NCBI GenBank assembly: GCA_965205015.1 | Contig: OZ242029.1 | Coordinates: 1 to 64,000 of the forward strand | Source: Candidatus Poribacteria bacterium | GTDB lineage: Bacteria > Poribacteria > WGA-4E > WGA-3G | Direction of reading: 5' to 3' | Length of the DNA: 64,000 nucleotides | Shown: piece by piece, positions 10,313 to 20,501 of the stretch | Layout: the number at the start of each line of letters is the position of its first letter | How positions within the stretch are numbered: the first letter of the stretch is position 1 | Program-made: the position numbers and the translations under genes | The notes under the pieces: model-generated | What the model was told of the DNA's origin: nothing | What the model saw: only the letters and a program-made list of their open reading frames with translations | The model's database searches: none

Positions 10313-11137
10313 ATGAAAATTGAACCTATCCTACAAACAAAACTGGACGACCTCTATGCGTGCTTGCAGACGTATGAGAAGGTCATTGTTGCATTTTCCG
10401 GGGGTGTTGATAGCACATTTCTGGCAGAGGCGGCACAACACGCACTCGGTGAGAATGCGCTTGCCGTTACCGCCATTTCGGACTCCTATCCGATCCGAGA
10501 AATGCGAGCCGCGCAAGACATCGCCAAACAGATCGGGATCCGCTTCGAAACCGTCCACACGCAAGAATTAGACCTGGAGGGCTACGCAAGTAACCCAACG
10601 AACCGATGCTTTTTCTGCAAGACGGAGTTGTTCGATAAGTTACGTCCCATCGCTGAAAAATATGACGTGGGAACGATTGTTTACGGCGCAATTCCAGACG
10701 ATGTCGGGGACCATCGCCCAGGTATGGATGCCGCGAAGCAGATGGGTATCCAAGCCCCTTTAATCGATGTTGACCTGACGAAAGCAGAGATTCGCCAGAT
10801 TTCAAAGGTGTGGAACCTCCCAACATGGGATAAACCGGCGTTCGCTTGTCTCTCCTCACGGTTCCCTTACGGGATGCGTATCACCCGTGAACTCCTGCGG
10901 CAGGTAGATGCTGCCGAGCAATTCCTCTACGATTTAGGCATCCGTCAATTCCGTGTCCGACACCATGGCGACCTCGCACGCATTGAACTCGAAGCGGAGG
11001 AGATCTCGCGGATGCTTTCAAAGACCGTGCGCCGTGACATCAGCACACACTTCAAAACACTCGGATATACGCATGTCGCACTCGACCTGCAGGGGTATCG
11101 TTCCGGGAGCCTGAACGAGGGAGTCACGACTTCGTAA
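10313..11137 (+). CDS. larE: ATP-dependent sacrificial sulfur transferase LarE
   Basis: PP-loop AFSGGVDS, NRCFFCK, DHRPG, ACLSSRFPYG, GYRSGSLN. Confidence 0.93.
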   Translation: MKIEPILQTKLDDLYACLQTYEKVIVAFSGGVDSTFLAEAAQHALGENALAVTAISDSYPIREMRAAQDIAKQIGIRFETVHTQELDLEGYASNPTNRCFFCKTELFDKLRPIAEKYDVGTIVYGAIPDDVGDHRPGMDAAKQMGIQAPLIDVDLTKAEIRQISKVWNLPTWDKPAFACLSSRFPYGMRITRELLRQVDAAEQFLYDLGIRQFRVRHHGDLARIELEAEEISRMLSKTVRRDISTHFKTLGYTHVALDLQGYRSGSLNEGVTTS

Positions 11138-11140
11138 TAT

Positions 11141-12475
11141 ATGTCCAATCAACAAACACAACAACTTATCGGCGTAGAGACTTTTAGTTGGAAGAAGTGG
11201 GATGCTTGTACACACTGCGGACTCTGTCTACCAACCTGCCCAACCTATCGAGAATTAGGTTTAGAAACGGATTCACCGAGGGGTAGACTCTATCTCATGG
11301 GGAGTGCCTTCAAGAACGAAGATGCCACCCCACTTAACGAAGAATGGTCAGAATATATCTATCGGTGCTTAGACTGCCGAGCGTGTGAAACCGCCTGTCC
11401 TTCGGGTGTTCACTTCGGAGAACTGCTTGAGGAGGCACGCGCCATCTATGAACAGAACGCACCCCGCTCCGCAGCGTACCGATTCTGGACGAACCTCGTC
11501 TTTAAACAAATTCTACCGAATAAAGAACGATTGGACCTGATCTTTGAGTTGATGTGGCTCTATCAGCGACTCGGTATCCGATGGCTGGTTCAAAAAACGG
11601 GTATCCTGAAACTGATGGGACAACTCGGGCAGATGGAATCATTACTTCCGAAGATCCCATCACCGCGATTGAAATATACGATACGCGACATTACACCCGC
11701 GGAAGGTGAAACGCGTTACCGTGTCGGATTCATACCCGGGTGCATCATGAACCAAGTCTTCACTGAAACGAACGTTGCAACCATTCGAGTCTTGACACAG
11801 AATGGCTGTGAAGTGGTTACCCCACGCCAGCAGACCTGCTGTGGTGCGTTACACCTTCACAACGGGGTGCGAGATGTTGCTTCGTCTCTCGCGAAGCAGA
11901 ACATTGATGCATTTGAAGCGGAGGCTTTAGACGCGATTATTATCAATTCTGCCGGTTGTGGTGCAACGCTCAAGGAATACGAGGCACTTTTAGAAGGCGA
12001 TACGGCTTACGCCGAAAAAGCGGAACGCTTCAGTCATAAGATGCGAGACATCAGCGAATTCTTAGCAGAGATCGAGATGGTCGCGCCCAGAGGAAAAATC
12101 GAAAGGCGCGTTACCTACGATGAACCTTGCCATCTCCTTCACGGACAAAGCGTCCAGGCACAACCCCGCAAGGTTCTCCAAGCGATACCTGGCTTGGAAC
12201 TGATTGAATTGACCGAATCCGAATGGTGTTGCGGGAGTGCTGGCATCTATAACATCACACAACCCGAACTGTCACAGGAAATTTTAGAACGGAAGATGAC
12301 GCATATCGCCGAAACCGATGCGGATATCGTCGCGACAGGAAATCCCGGGTGTTTGCTTCAGATTCAACTCGGCATTCAAAAGCACGGATTACCCATGAAA
12401 GCGATCCATCCCGTGAATCTCTTAGACTATGCTTATCGTGGTATCGCCCCAGAGGATTTTATGCCTGAGCAGTGA
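11141..12475 (+). CDS. glcF: Glycolate oxidase Fe-S subunit-like (two 4Fe-4S sites plus CCG domains)
   Basis: CTHCGLCLPTCP, CLDCRACETACP, TCCGAL, WCCGSAG. Confidence 0.85.
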   Translation: MSNQQTQQLIGVETFSWKKWDACTHCGLCLPTCPTYRELGLETDSPRGRLYLMGSAFKNEDATPLNEEWSEYIYRCLDCRACETACPSGVHFGELLEEARAIYEQNAPRSAAYRFWTNLVFKQILPNKERLDLIFELMWLYQRLGIRWLVQKTGILKLMGQLGQMESLLPKIPSPRLKYTIRDITPAEGETRYRVGFIPGCIMNQVFTETNVATIRVLTQNGCEVVTPRQQTCCGALHLHNGVRDVASSLAKQNIDAFEAEALDAIIINSAGCGATLKEYEALLEGDTAYAEKAERFSHKMRDISEFLAEIEMVAPRGKIERRVTYDEPCHLLHGQSVQAQPRKVLQAIPGLELIELTESEWCCGSAGIYNITQPELSQEILERKMTHIAETDADIVATGNPGCLLQIQLGIQKHGLPMKAIHPVNLLDYAYRGIAPEDFMPEQ

Positions 12476-12543
12476 GAGCATCAGAAAGCTACCTCAACAG
12501 AAACATGAATCTAATCGAAAAACGAGGCATATAAATCAAAATA

Positions 12544-13122
12544 ATGTTTTTATCAGACAAAGATATTATCCAGTATATGAACAAGGGGAAAATCAAAATC
12601 TCCCCCACGCCCGACTTGGAAACACAACTCGGTAGTTGCTCTATCGACTTTAGATTGAGCAACACGTTTCGTGTGTTTGAGCATAGCAAATACCCATACA
12701 TCGATCTGCGTGCGGAGATTGATATCAACGACCTGATGCGGCGGGTTGATGTCCCCGACGGGGATGCCTTCACGATGCAGCCGGGTGAGTTTGTCTTGGC
12801 AGCAACGCAGGAAACACTTGAATTAGCAGACGATGTACTCGCACGGCTTGAAGGCAGAAGCAGTTTGGGGAGGCTCGGCATTATCGTTCACAGCACCGCC
12901 GGGCTCTTTGATCCGGGTTGGATCGGCATCCCTACTTTAGAGTTAGGGAATCTCGGGCGTATGCCGGTTAAGTTATATCCCGGTATGCGGATCTGTGCGT
13001 TCACCTTCGCGCAGCTTTCTTCAAGTGCCCATGTACCGTATCAACTCAAACCTGCGAACAAATATGCGGGACAAGACGGACCAGAAACAAGCCGTTTTGC
13101 CAAAGATGTTGAATTCTTGTAG
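12544..13122 (+). CDS. dcd: dCTP deaminase
   Basis: LEGRSSLGRLG, AGLFDPGW, LELGN, KYAGQ. Confidence 0.95.
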   Translation: MFLSDKDIIQYMNKGKIKISPTPDLETQLGSCSIDFRLSNTFRVFEHSKYPYIDLRAEIDINDLMRRVDVPDGDAFTMQPGEFVLAATQETLELADDVLARLEGRSSLGRLGIIVHSTAGLFDPGWIGIPTLELGNLGRMPVKLYPGMRICAFTFAQLSSSAHVPYQLKPANKYAGQDGPETSRFAKDVEFL

Positions 13123-13176
13123 GAACGACCCAACGGTCACAATCTTGGTAGAAGTGATCTTTAAGTTGGGACGCCG

Positions 13177-13216
13177 CGCGCAAAAAACGGGCAATGCCAT
13201 GCCTAATAATTTAGCA
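13177..13216. promoter_or_regulatory. Two NtrC-like enhancer sites
   Basis: CGCGCAAAAAACGGGCA (13177..13193) and TGCCTAATAATTTAGCA (13200..13216); YGC-N11-GCA spacing, about 190-220 nt upstream of the sigma54 start. Confidence 0.55.
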
Positions 13217-13373
13217 ATATCTTGAAATGTTTATTATTAGAAGTTAACAAAAAATCGCGGCAGCACTGCATTCACGCTGCCTCTCTCGCTTTGCCCTCTG
13301 TGTCTCGTGATCGCACACGAGAATTAACCTATTTTCGCCAACGAATGCTGTTCCATGCACAATTACAGTTGAT

Positions 13374-13389
13374 TGGCATAAATTTTGCT
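13374..13389 (+). promoter_or_regulatory. sigma54 (-24/-12) promoter of glnA
   Basis: TGGCAT-AAATT-TTGCT, exact GG-N10-GC spacing. Confidence 0.85.
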
Positions 13390-13647
13390 TACTTAAGCAT
13401 TCAGTAAGACGCTCGTCAAGTGGTATGAGTTGCGCCTTCAGTTGACGAAGCTAGGACATTTTTCTGAGTTATCGAAACGGGTTTAGGATGACCAAGGTTT
13501 TCGTGCCGCGTCTCCTTACACCGTTTTATCAGATTGTAGCCTCGGTCCCCGGATCGAGAAAGTTTTGATTTTTGATAGCAAGTTTCGGTTATCAAGTTAC
13601 GCCGAAAAGTGTCGGCTTCAACTTAGCCGGAATTAGGAGGATATGTA

Positions 13648-15063
13648 ATGACACCAAGTGAGGTGGTTGCACTTGCAAAAGACAACGATATAAAGATAAT
13701 CGACCTAAAATTCATGGATCTGCCGGGGATGTGGCAACACTTCTCCATGATGGCAGATGAGTTGACCGAAGACCTTTTTGAAGAGGGTGCCGGTTTTGAC
13801 GGTTCGAGTATCCGCGGTTTCCAGGCAATTAACGAGAGCGATATGTTGCTCTTCCCAGATCCGGCGACCGCCCTCATCGACCCCGTCTGCAAGGTGCCGA
13901 CGTTAAGCATCACGTGTAACATCAAAGATCCGATTACGTTGGAGAACTATACACGCGACGTCCGGCATATTGCTCAGAAAGCAGAGGCGTATCTCCAATC
14001 CACTGGAATTGCGGATACAAGCTACTGGGGTCCTGAGGCAGAATTCTATCTCCTGAACGACATCCGCTACGGGCAAGACCAACATTCCGGCTTCTATTCT
14101 GTCGATTCTGTTGAAGGCAGTTGGAATTCGGGACGTGAAGAGAACCCGAACCTTGGATATAAACCGCGGTATAAAGAGGGTTATTTCCCGGTACCGCCGT
14201 CCGATACACTTCAAGACCTCCGCTCAGAGATCTGTCTCAAGCTCATGGAAGCCGGCGTTGATGTGGAAGTTCACCACCACGAAGTCGGAACCGCAGGTCA
14301 AGGCGAAATTGATATCCGCTTTGGTGAGTTAACCGAGACTGGCGATAAGATTGCGTTGTATAAGTACATCATCAAGAATATGGCGCGCGCAAACAATTTG
14401 GTCGCTACCTTCATGCCGAAACCGCTCTTCCAAGACAACGGTTCTGGAATGCACGTCCACCAAAGTCTCTGGAAAAACGGCAAGAACATCTTCTACGATC
14501 CACAGGGATATTCACTCCTGAGTGAAGATGCACTCTATTACATCGGTGGCTTGCTCACGCATGCCCGCTCGCTCTGTGCAATCATCGCTCCAACAACCAA
14601 CTCCTACAAGCGGTTGGTCCCAGGATATGAAGCACCCGTGAACATCGCTTACTCACAACGTAACCGTAGCGCATGTGTCCGTATTCCCGTCTACTCAAAG
14701 AGCGAGAAGGCGAAACGGGTCGAATTCCGGACACCGGATCCGTCCTGTAATCCTTACCTCGCCTTCAGTGCCCTGCTTATGGCAGGACTCGACGGCATAC
14801 AGAATCGCATCCATCCGGGTGACCCCCTGGACAAAGACCTCTATGACCTTGAACCCGAAGAACTCGCGGACATCGAATCTACGCCAGTGTCCCTCGGTGA
14901 TTCCTTGGATGCCTTAGAGGAAGACCACGAATATCTCCTCAAAGGCGATGTGTTCACCCAAGATGTCTTGGATACCTGGATTGATTACAAACGCGAAAAT
15001 GAGGTCGATGCAATCAACATGCGACCGCATCCCTACGAATTCTTCCTCTATCACGACATTTAG
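13648..15063 (+). CDS. glnA: Glutamine synthetase type I
   Basis: [47 protein letters not shown]; AGGAGG RBS. Confidence 0.98.
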   Translation: MTPSEVVALAKDNDIKIIDLKFMDLPGMWQHFSMMADELTEDLFEEGAGFDGSSIRGFQAINESDMLLFPDPATALIDPVCKVPTLSITCNIKDPITLENYTRDVRHIAQKAEAYLQSTGIADTSYWGPEAEFYLLNDIRYGQDQHSGFYSVDSVEGSWNSGREENPNLGYKPRYKEGYFPVPPSDTLQDLRSEICLKLMEAGVDVEVHHHEVGTAGQGEIDIRFGELTETGDKIALYKYIIKNMARANNLVATFMPKPLFQDNGSGMHVHQSLWKNGKNIFYDPQGYSLLSEDALYYIGGLLTHARSLCAIIAPTTNSYKRLVPGYEAPVNIAYSQRNRSACVRIPVYSKSEKAKRVEFRTPDPSCNPYLAFSALLMAGLDGIQNRIHPGDPLDKDLYDLEPEELADIESTPVSLGDSLDALEEDHEYLLKGDVFTQDVLDTWIDYKRENEVDAINMRPHPYEFFLYHDI

Positions 15064-15082
15064 GTCGTGCGAACTCGGGTGT

Positions 15083-15170
15083 CACGCCATCACAACGACC
15101 GTGATGGCGTGATTCTACAGAGGATCTGAAATATCACACTACAGGGCGGATTTAAAGATCCGCCCATAGT
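15083..15170. terminator. Two strong stem-loops between glnA and glnB
   Basis: TCACGCCATCAC/GTGATGGCGTGA and GGGCGGAT/ATCCGCCC; no long U-tract, so possibly mRNA stabilisers rather than terminators. Confidence 0.5.
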
Positions 15171-15184
15171 ACCCGTATCTGTAA

Positions 15185-15604
<420 letters not shown>

Positions 15605-15627
15605 CTTTCTATTCTATTTTTTCCGTC

Positions 15628-15662
15628 AGAGGCGGGTACTACACCCGCCTCTTTATTTTTTT
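15628..15662 (+). terminator. Intrinsic terminator between convergent genes
   Basis: AGAGGCGGGT-loop-ACCCGCCTCT followed by a T-run. Confidence 0.8.
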
Positions 15663-17013
15663 AACCCAATATCGACGCAACGAGTGCCTCCATCGCTGGC
15701 ACTGTCCCAACAGCCGGCAGTGAGGACTTCGCTGCCCACGTCTCGTATCCACCCTCCTCTATCAACGCCTTATCCGTGCAGATGTAGCCGATATACCCAT
15801 TTGCCAAGCTGACGAGAAACGTTGGATTCGCATCGGATTTCGCCTTGATGTTCATTCCTGTTTCAACGAACACCTCACCCGGTAATGCGACAATCGCCGC
15901 TTCACCCAGACGGATGACTTGAACAGGAGCGGTCATCTGTGTCGGTAACTTTGCCAATCGCTGGCATTCGAGCGCGTAGACATCAACCAGTGCCTGCGGT
16001 ATCGGTTCCCCGACGACCCAACTAAACGGACCCGTTTCGTAGGCATCGTAAGTGCCTTGCGGCACAGACAACACCTGTTCAGCAATTTTAAGGTCCTCAG
16101 CCGTAATCTCTTTACGGTGGAACGTCAACGTGGCAAGATCGCCACTGAGATCAAGCGTTTCGTGCATCTCCATGAGTTGCTTCTCAACAATAAAATGTCC
16201 AGCGAGAACGTTTGCCATTTTCACCGCCTGCTGATGCCCGCTCGCTGTCCATTTTGTCCGTCCACTGAAGTCGGTATTGTTAATCTGCCCCGATGCGGCG
16301 TTCCAGAGGAGCGAGATGCATGTATCCCCCAGATAGTGTCGCATCAGTCGATCAAAGTGTCCAAAATAGTCTGCGGAGAGAGCATTGCCGTTGTCTGTAC
16401 CGATATAGTGGAGCGAAAAGTTCGCAACCGCCGCGATCGGAGTCCCATCATCGGTAGCCTCAACGAACATCATCGCCACCTCCGGATCGATTGTACCGGT
16501 CGGCTTCACAAGATCTGGGTGTTCGATACCGGGGTTAAAACGGACAGTCCCATCTTTCATGTGCCATCGCCGATTGAAGGTGATGCGTTCCTCATCAACA
16601 CTGGCGAATCCTATCCGTGCCGGCTTGAGTCGCCACACTGCGAGTTCAACCGCATCGGCGATTTTCAGCGGCACCCATTCGGTATACCCCGGATCCTCAT
16701 CAACACCGAGTAGATCGGCAATGGCGACGGCGGTATGCGTATGCGTCGCATTCACCATAACATGCGCTGCTGGAATATCGCATCTATCGGCGATACGTGC
16801 TTTGGCAGCATCCGCGACTTTCTCTGGTATAGCGATGAGATCGCAGGTAACGATTGCAATACGGGTTGTGCCGTTATCAATGACGACTGCTTTGGCAAAA
16901 AGTTCGTCATCAACATTTTCAGCGTATCTCGGTCGGAAACCGCCCGGTATTCTTGTGCCAAGGGGTGGCGTGATATTCGCGCTCGCGCTTCCTGCTTTAA
17001 GAGTTATCGACAT
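15661..17013 (-). CDS. Neutral/alkaline ceramidase-like hydrolase
   Basis: ATHTHTA, NRRW, NFSLH, SADYFG, LPGEVF, LANGYIGY, GGYET. Confidence 0.75.
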   Translation of the reverse strand: MSITLKAGSASANITPPLGTRIPGGFRPRYAENVDDELFAKAVVIDNGTTRIAIVTCDLIAIPEKVADAAKARIADRCDIPAAHVMVNATHTHTAVAIADLLGVDEDPGYTEWVPLKIADAVELAVWRLKPARIGFASVDEERITFNRRWHMKDGTVRFNPGIEHPDLVKPTGTIDPEVAMMFVEATDDGTPIAAVANFSLHYIGTDNGNALSADYFGHFDRLMRHYLGDTCISLLWNAASGQINNTDFSGRTKWTASGHQQAVKMANVLAGHFIVEKQLMEMHETLDLSGDLATLTFHRKEITAEDLKIAEQVLSVPQGTYDAYETGPFSWVVGEPIPQALVDVYALECQRLAKLPTQMTAPVQVIRLGEAAIVALPGEVFVETGMNIKAKSDANPTFLVSLANGYIGYICTDKALIEEGGYETWAAKSSLPAVGTVPAMEALVASILG

Positions 17014-17025
17014 TATTCAGCCTCC

Positions 17026-18498
17026 TTAATCCGAACTTCGTGAAGAATTGAGATTCACCTCACAGATAAGATCACCCTGTAAGCGGAATGGGATATGTAC
17101 CCCTGTCTGCGTGAGATAAAGTGCCTCCGGGGTCATGGTATCTACAGTGCCTCGCAAAACGACGGACGAACCGATCGAGCGTTCCGCAATGACATCCGCC
17201 AACTTCTCCCGGAGTTTGGTGAGCTGATCCTCCAATGGAAAGACGAGTTTCTCTTCAACCGTTGCTCGGAGGTCGGGAAAAAACCCTTTTCCTACGGTTT
17301 GTGCAATATCCAAGAGTAGACTTTGTGTCGTTAGTGTATAGTCAAATTCAGCAACAGAAACAGACATCGTTGTCGCGTTATATACAGGCGTCCCGAGCAG
17401 ATAGAGTTGCCCCTCCGCACCGAATGAGGGCATACTGAATTCAATTCCCGCGGCGAGCTGGGTACCACTACCGTAGAGCGTTAAATTTTTTACGAGTGTA
17501 TCAATTCCCTTGAGTTTGCGCAGTTTTTCAACTCGGGGCTTCGCAAAACTTTCAATCCCGGCGTAGGTTATCTCAATCGGTGCCATGATGTGGTAGCCGG
17601 ATTCAAGGTGATCCACGAAGTGGATATCTGGCAAGTCGGTGATTGTATGCTCGGAAGAATCCGTTAATACACCTCCCATATTCGCTTGAATATAGGCTTC
17701 TATACCGAAGCTAAACGAGAGCGTTTTCCCATCACTCGACAACCGTTGCGCGAAGATTTTTAGAGGCTCTATGGTAAGCGCGATGGGCCGCTTCCGATTG
17801 AAGGTTATCGGTTCGTGGAGTCTTGCCCATAAACCGGCGACGCGTGTCTTTACATCTATGTTGGTGATGTACTTGATGATACGGTCCTCTAATTTGGGGA
17901 GGACAGTCTCCCGTACTAATTCGGTAAGAATCCGACGCACCGAAATTGTAATGCCCAAAATCTTAATTTCGGCTTTCTGGATGGAAATATCGGAGGTCGT
18001 TTTGGCAGTAATACGCCAATCCGAGTTAAGGGTCGGGGTAAGGGTTAGCGAGGCAGTCGCGGTGCCTTCAATATCTTCACGTTTTTGGATTACCTGTCCC
18101 AAGACTTTTTTCGAGACGCGCGCCCACCCATTGAACCGGAACGGAATGTTTACCGATATAGTCCCATCTGCCGCGCCTGTCATCATGAGAGGGTCAAGAT
18201 CCAGTTTGATCGCGGCTGTAAGTGCGCCGTCTTTTCGTTGGATAGGTTTACTGAGATAGTCTCTGAGTGTGGATTCCGCTAACGTCTTGACATCCTGTAT
18301 CGGCAGATTTGCCTTCACAGCAATGACTGAGGAGGTCGGAGGCGGCAAGGGAATAGGGGTAACTTCTCGTGGCGGTGCGGGTGCTTCGATGGTGAGATCG
18401 GAGTCGCGCGGCATGGGGAAGAACAACATAACGCAGATTAACACAACGCCAACGGAAACCACGCCCACAATGAGTTGTATTCGCATCTGCTTTGTCAT
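17026..18498 (-). CDS. DUF4403-like membrane-anchored protein
   Basis: N-terminal TM plus Pro-rich linker, beta-rich body, GQLYLLGTPVY. Confidence 0.65.
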   Translation of the reverse strand: MTKQMRIQLIVGVVSVGVVLICVMLFFPMPRDSDLTIEAPAPPREVTPIPLPPPTSSVIAVKANLPIQDVKTLAESTLRDYLSKPIQRKDGALTAAIKLDLDPLMMTGAADGTISVNIPFRFNGWARVSKKVLGQVIQKREDIEGTATASLTLTPTLNSDWRITAKTTSDISIQKAEIKILGITISVRRILTELVRETVLPKLEDRIIKYITNIDVKTRVAGLWARLHEPITFNRKRPIALTIEPLKIFAQRLSSDGKTLSFSFGIEAYIQANMGGVLTDSSEHTITDLPDIHFVDHLESGYHIMAPIEITYAGIESFAKPRVEKLRKLKGIDTLVKNLTLYGSGTQLAAGIEFSMPSFGAEGQLYLLGTPVYNATTMSVSVAEFDYTLTTQSLLLDIAQTVGKGFFPDLRATVEEKLVFPLEDQLTKLREKLADVIAERSIGSSVVLRGTVDTMTPEALYLTQTGVHIPFRLQGDLICEVNLNSSRSSD

Positions 18499-18589
18499 CC
18501 AATTTTACGGTTTGGAAACCCAAGTCTTTAGACTTGGGAGGAAAAACCGTCCTCGTGTGTGAGGCCAAGGCGTTTTTTGAAAAAAACAC

Positions 18590-18618
18590 TTGACAGTCTA
18601 AGTAATTTGTGGTTTAAT
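18590..18618 (+). promoter_or_regulatory. sigma70-like promoter inside the element driving tnpB
   Basis: TTGACA-17-TTTAAT with TG extension. Confidence 0.65.
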
Positions 18619-18715
18619 ATATATTACCAGTTGGCAGACATGACAAGCGTAATCGCAAGGTTACGTGTCTGCCCACCCACTTGTCAGGGGTTAAAGACTG
18701 GTAGCTGGTAACACT

Positions 18716-19258
18716 GTGAGAACCTACAAATATCAGATACGCGAGCATCGACACTATAAACGTTTGTGCAACATGCTTGATGAACTTGGCGATGTCCATA
18801 ACCACTTCCTTGCTCTGGAGAAGCGGTATTACCGTATCTATGGGAAATACGCCGGTCGTTTTCGCCTGCAACCGCATCTGACGAAGTTGCTCCAACGCAC
18901 CCATAAACACTGGGCATGGATACCTCGCGATACGCTTGATGCGGTGATTATCCGTATCCATATCGGTTATGAACGCTTCTTTGATTGGATCAAAAAAGGC
19001 AGACGTGGCAGACGTGTCGGTCCCCCGAAGTTTAAACTGAGGTTCAAGTGTTTCAAACATAAGCGTGAGTTTGTTCAAGTCGGACGCTGGACAACTACAA
19101 CGAAACCGTGTTCGGATTGTGGCTACAAAAACGAAAATCTTTCACTCTCTGATAGGCAGTGGAGGTGTTCTGAGTGTGGTTTACACCACGATAGGGACGT
19201 AAACGCTGCGATAAACATCTTGAGGGCTGCCTTGGGTCCCTCTGTGGAGCAGATGTAA
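18716..19258 (+). pseudogene. tnpB: TnpB with in-frame internal deletion (180 aa)
   Basis: N-terminal RTYKY/helical region to PKFK joined directly to TTKPCSDCG...CSECG..HDRDVNAAINI; RuvC-I and RuvC-II motifs absent. Confidence 0.85.
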
Positions 19259-19281
19259 GTCCTTCCTTAGAAGGCGAACTG

Positions 19282-20493
19282 CTACGAAGCACAAGCCCAA
19301 CCCTTTAGGTTTGGGTACCTTGACGATCGCAACCTTGGAATACCGCTTGAGATTTTATGTTCTCGGTCAATACGAAACGGATGAATGTCAAAATCGGTCT
19401 TACCGTTCTGGACGAGTTCGCTCAGAATACGTCCGACGAGGGCACAAAACTTGAAGCCGTGCCCTGAAAAACCTGCCGCAATCAGCAGATCCGGACAGTG
19501 CGGGTGCGCGTCAATGATAAAGTCTTCGTCTGGTGTTTCAGTATAGAGACAGACTTCGGTATGCGTGGTTTTTCCGAGTTCTGGGAGGCGTTCTTGGACG
19601 TAAGCATCTATATGGGCACTATAATCTGCGTCAGGCGTGCGTTCGGGTATATCAGGGGAGATGACCTGTCCTCTCCCGTGCCGGGCAATTTTTAACCCAC
19701 CCCCTTTATCATAAGAACCAAAAGCCGGAACGGCATAGATAAATTCCCCATCAGGGGTCACTTCCGTAAAGACTGGAAACCGGTCTGGTTGGAAACGTTT
19801 GCTGTCTGTCGGCTGATAGTAGCAGACCTGTTGTTTTGTAACCGTGAGCGGGAGATTCAGTTCCGCGAGTAGGGTGCCAGCCCATGCCCCTGCTGTCACG
19901 ATGACTTTCCTACCATGAAATTGACTATTTTCAGTCCGAACAGTCGGGACATCTGTCTGCCAATCCACATTGGTTACCCGGGTCTTTTCCCGGAGTGTCG
20001 CCCCGTGTTGCTCTGCCAACCGCAAGTGGGTGGAGACACACTCGGAGGCATGGAGAAAACCCGTGTCCTTCTGATAGAGGATCTCCATATCATCCGTCAA
20101 TCGGAATTGTGGAAAACGTTCCGCTAACTGTGCCGCATCCCACCACTCGGATTCAACGCCTGCAGCATCTAAACTTTGCCGTGTTGCGCGTCCATACGGG
20201 TTTCCCTTCGCGCCGATACCTACACTCCCCGTGATAAACAGCAGCGGTTTCCCCGATACCGCTTCGAGGTCGCGCCATTCGGCGTAGGCGGTTTTCATCA
20301 ATTCGGTGTAGAAGGGTTTATCGTAGAAGAATCGGATAATCCGGGTTTCACCGTGCGAACTGCCGAACGTGTGTCCACGCTGAAATTGTTCTAAGACAAG
20401 CACTTCTGCACCAGATTTAGCGAGATGGTATGCGGTCGCGCTCCCCATACCACCAGCACCGATAACGATTGCATCATAGATATGATCGTTCAT
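19282..20493 (-). CDS. solA: N-methyl-L-tryptophan oxidase / monomeric sarcosine oxidase
   Basis: GAGGMG, GSSHGETRIIR, CLYTETPDEDFIID, GFSGHGFKF; last ~14 codons come from the IS right end. Confidence 0.9.
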   Translation of the reverse strand: MNDHIYDAIVIGAGGMGSATAYHLAKSGAEVLVLEQFQRGHTFGSSHGETRIIRFFYDKPFYTELMKTAYAEWRDLEAVSGKPLLFITGSVGIGAKGNPYGRATRQSLDAAGVESEWWDAAQLAERFPQFRLTDDMEILYQKDTGFLHASECVSTHLRLAEQHGATLREKTRVTNVDWQTDVPTVRTENSQFHGRKVIVTAGAWAGTLLAELNLPLTVTKQQVCYYQPTDSKRFQPDRFPVFTEVTPDGEFIYAVPAFGSYDKGGGLKIARHGRGQVISPDIPERTPDADYSAHIDAYVQERLPELGKTTHTEVCLYTETPDEDFIIDAHPHCPDLLIAAGFSGHGFKFCALVGRILSELVQNGKTDFDIHPFRIDREHKISSGIPRLRSSRYPNLKGWACAS

Positions 20494-20501
20494 TTTTTTA
20501 T

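Larger units (their letters stand above)
18509..19324 (+). mobile_element. Non-autonomous IS200/IS605 (IS1341-like) element, 816 bp
   Basis: Left-end hairpin CCCAAGTC-TTTA-GACTTGGG after target TTTAC; right-end hairpin CCCAACC..GGTTTGGG ending TTGAC; tnpB inside; no tnpA; excision restores the solA stop codon. Confidence 0.85.

Noticed and set aside
13400-13647. Known glutamine (glnA) riboswitch
   Set aside because: I could not find its conserved three-way-junction/E-loop sequence
18633-18686. Calling the tnpB leader an HDV-like ribozyme
   Set aside because: Helix order is similar, but the conserved L3 loop, P1.1 pairing and P4/J4-2 context are absent; reported only as an unknown pseudoknot
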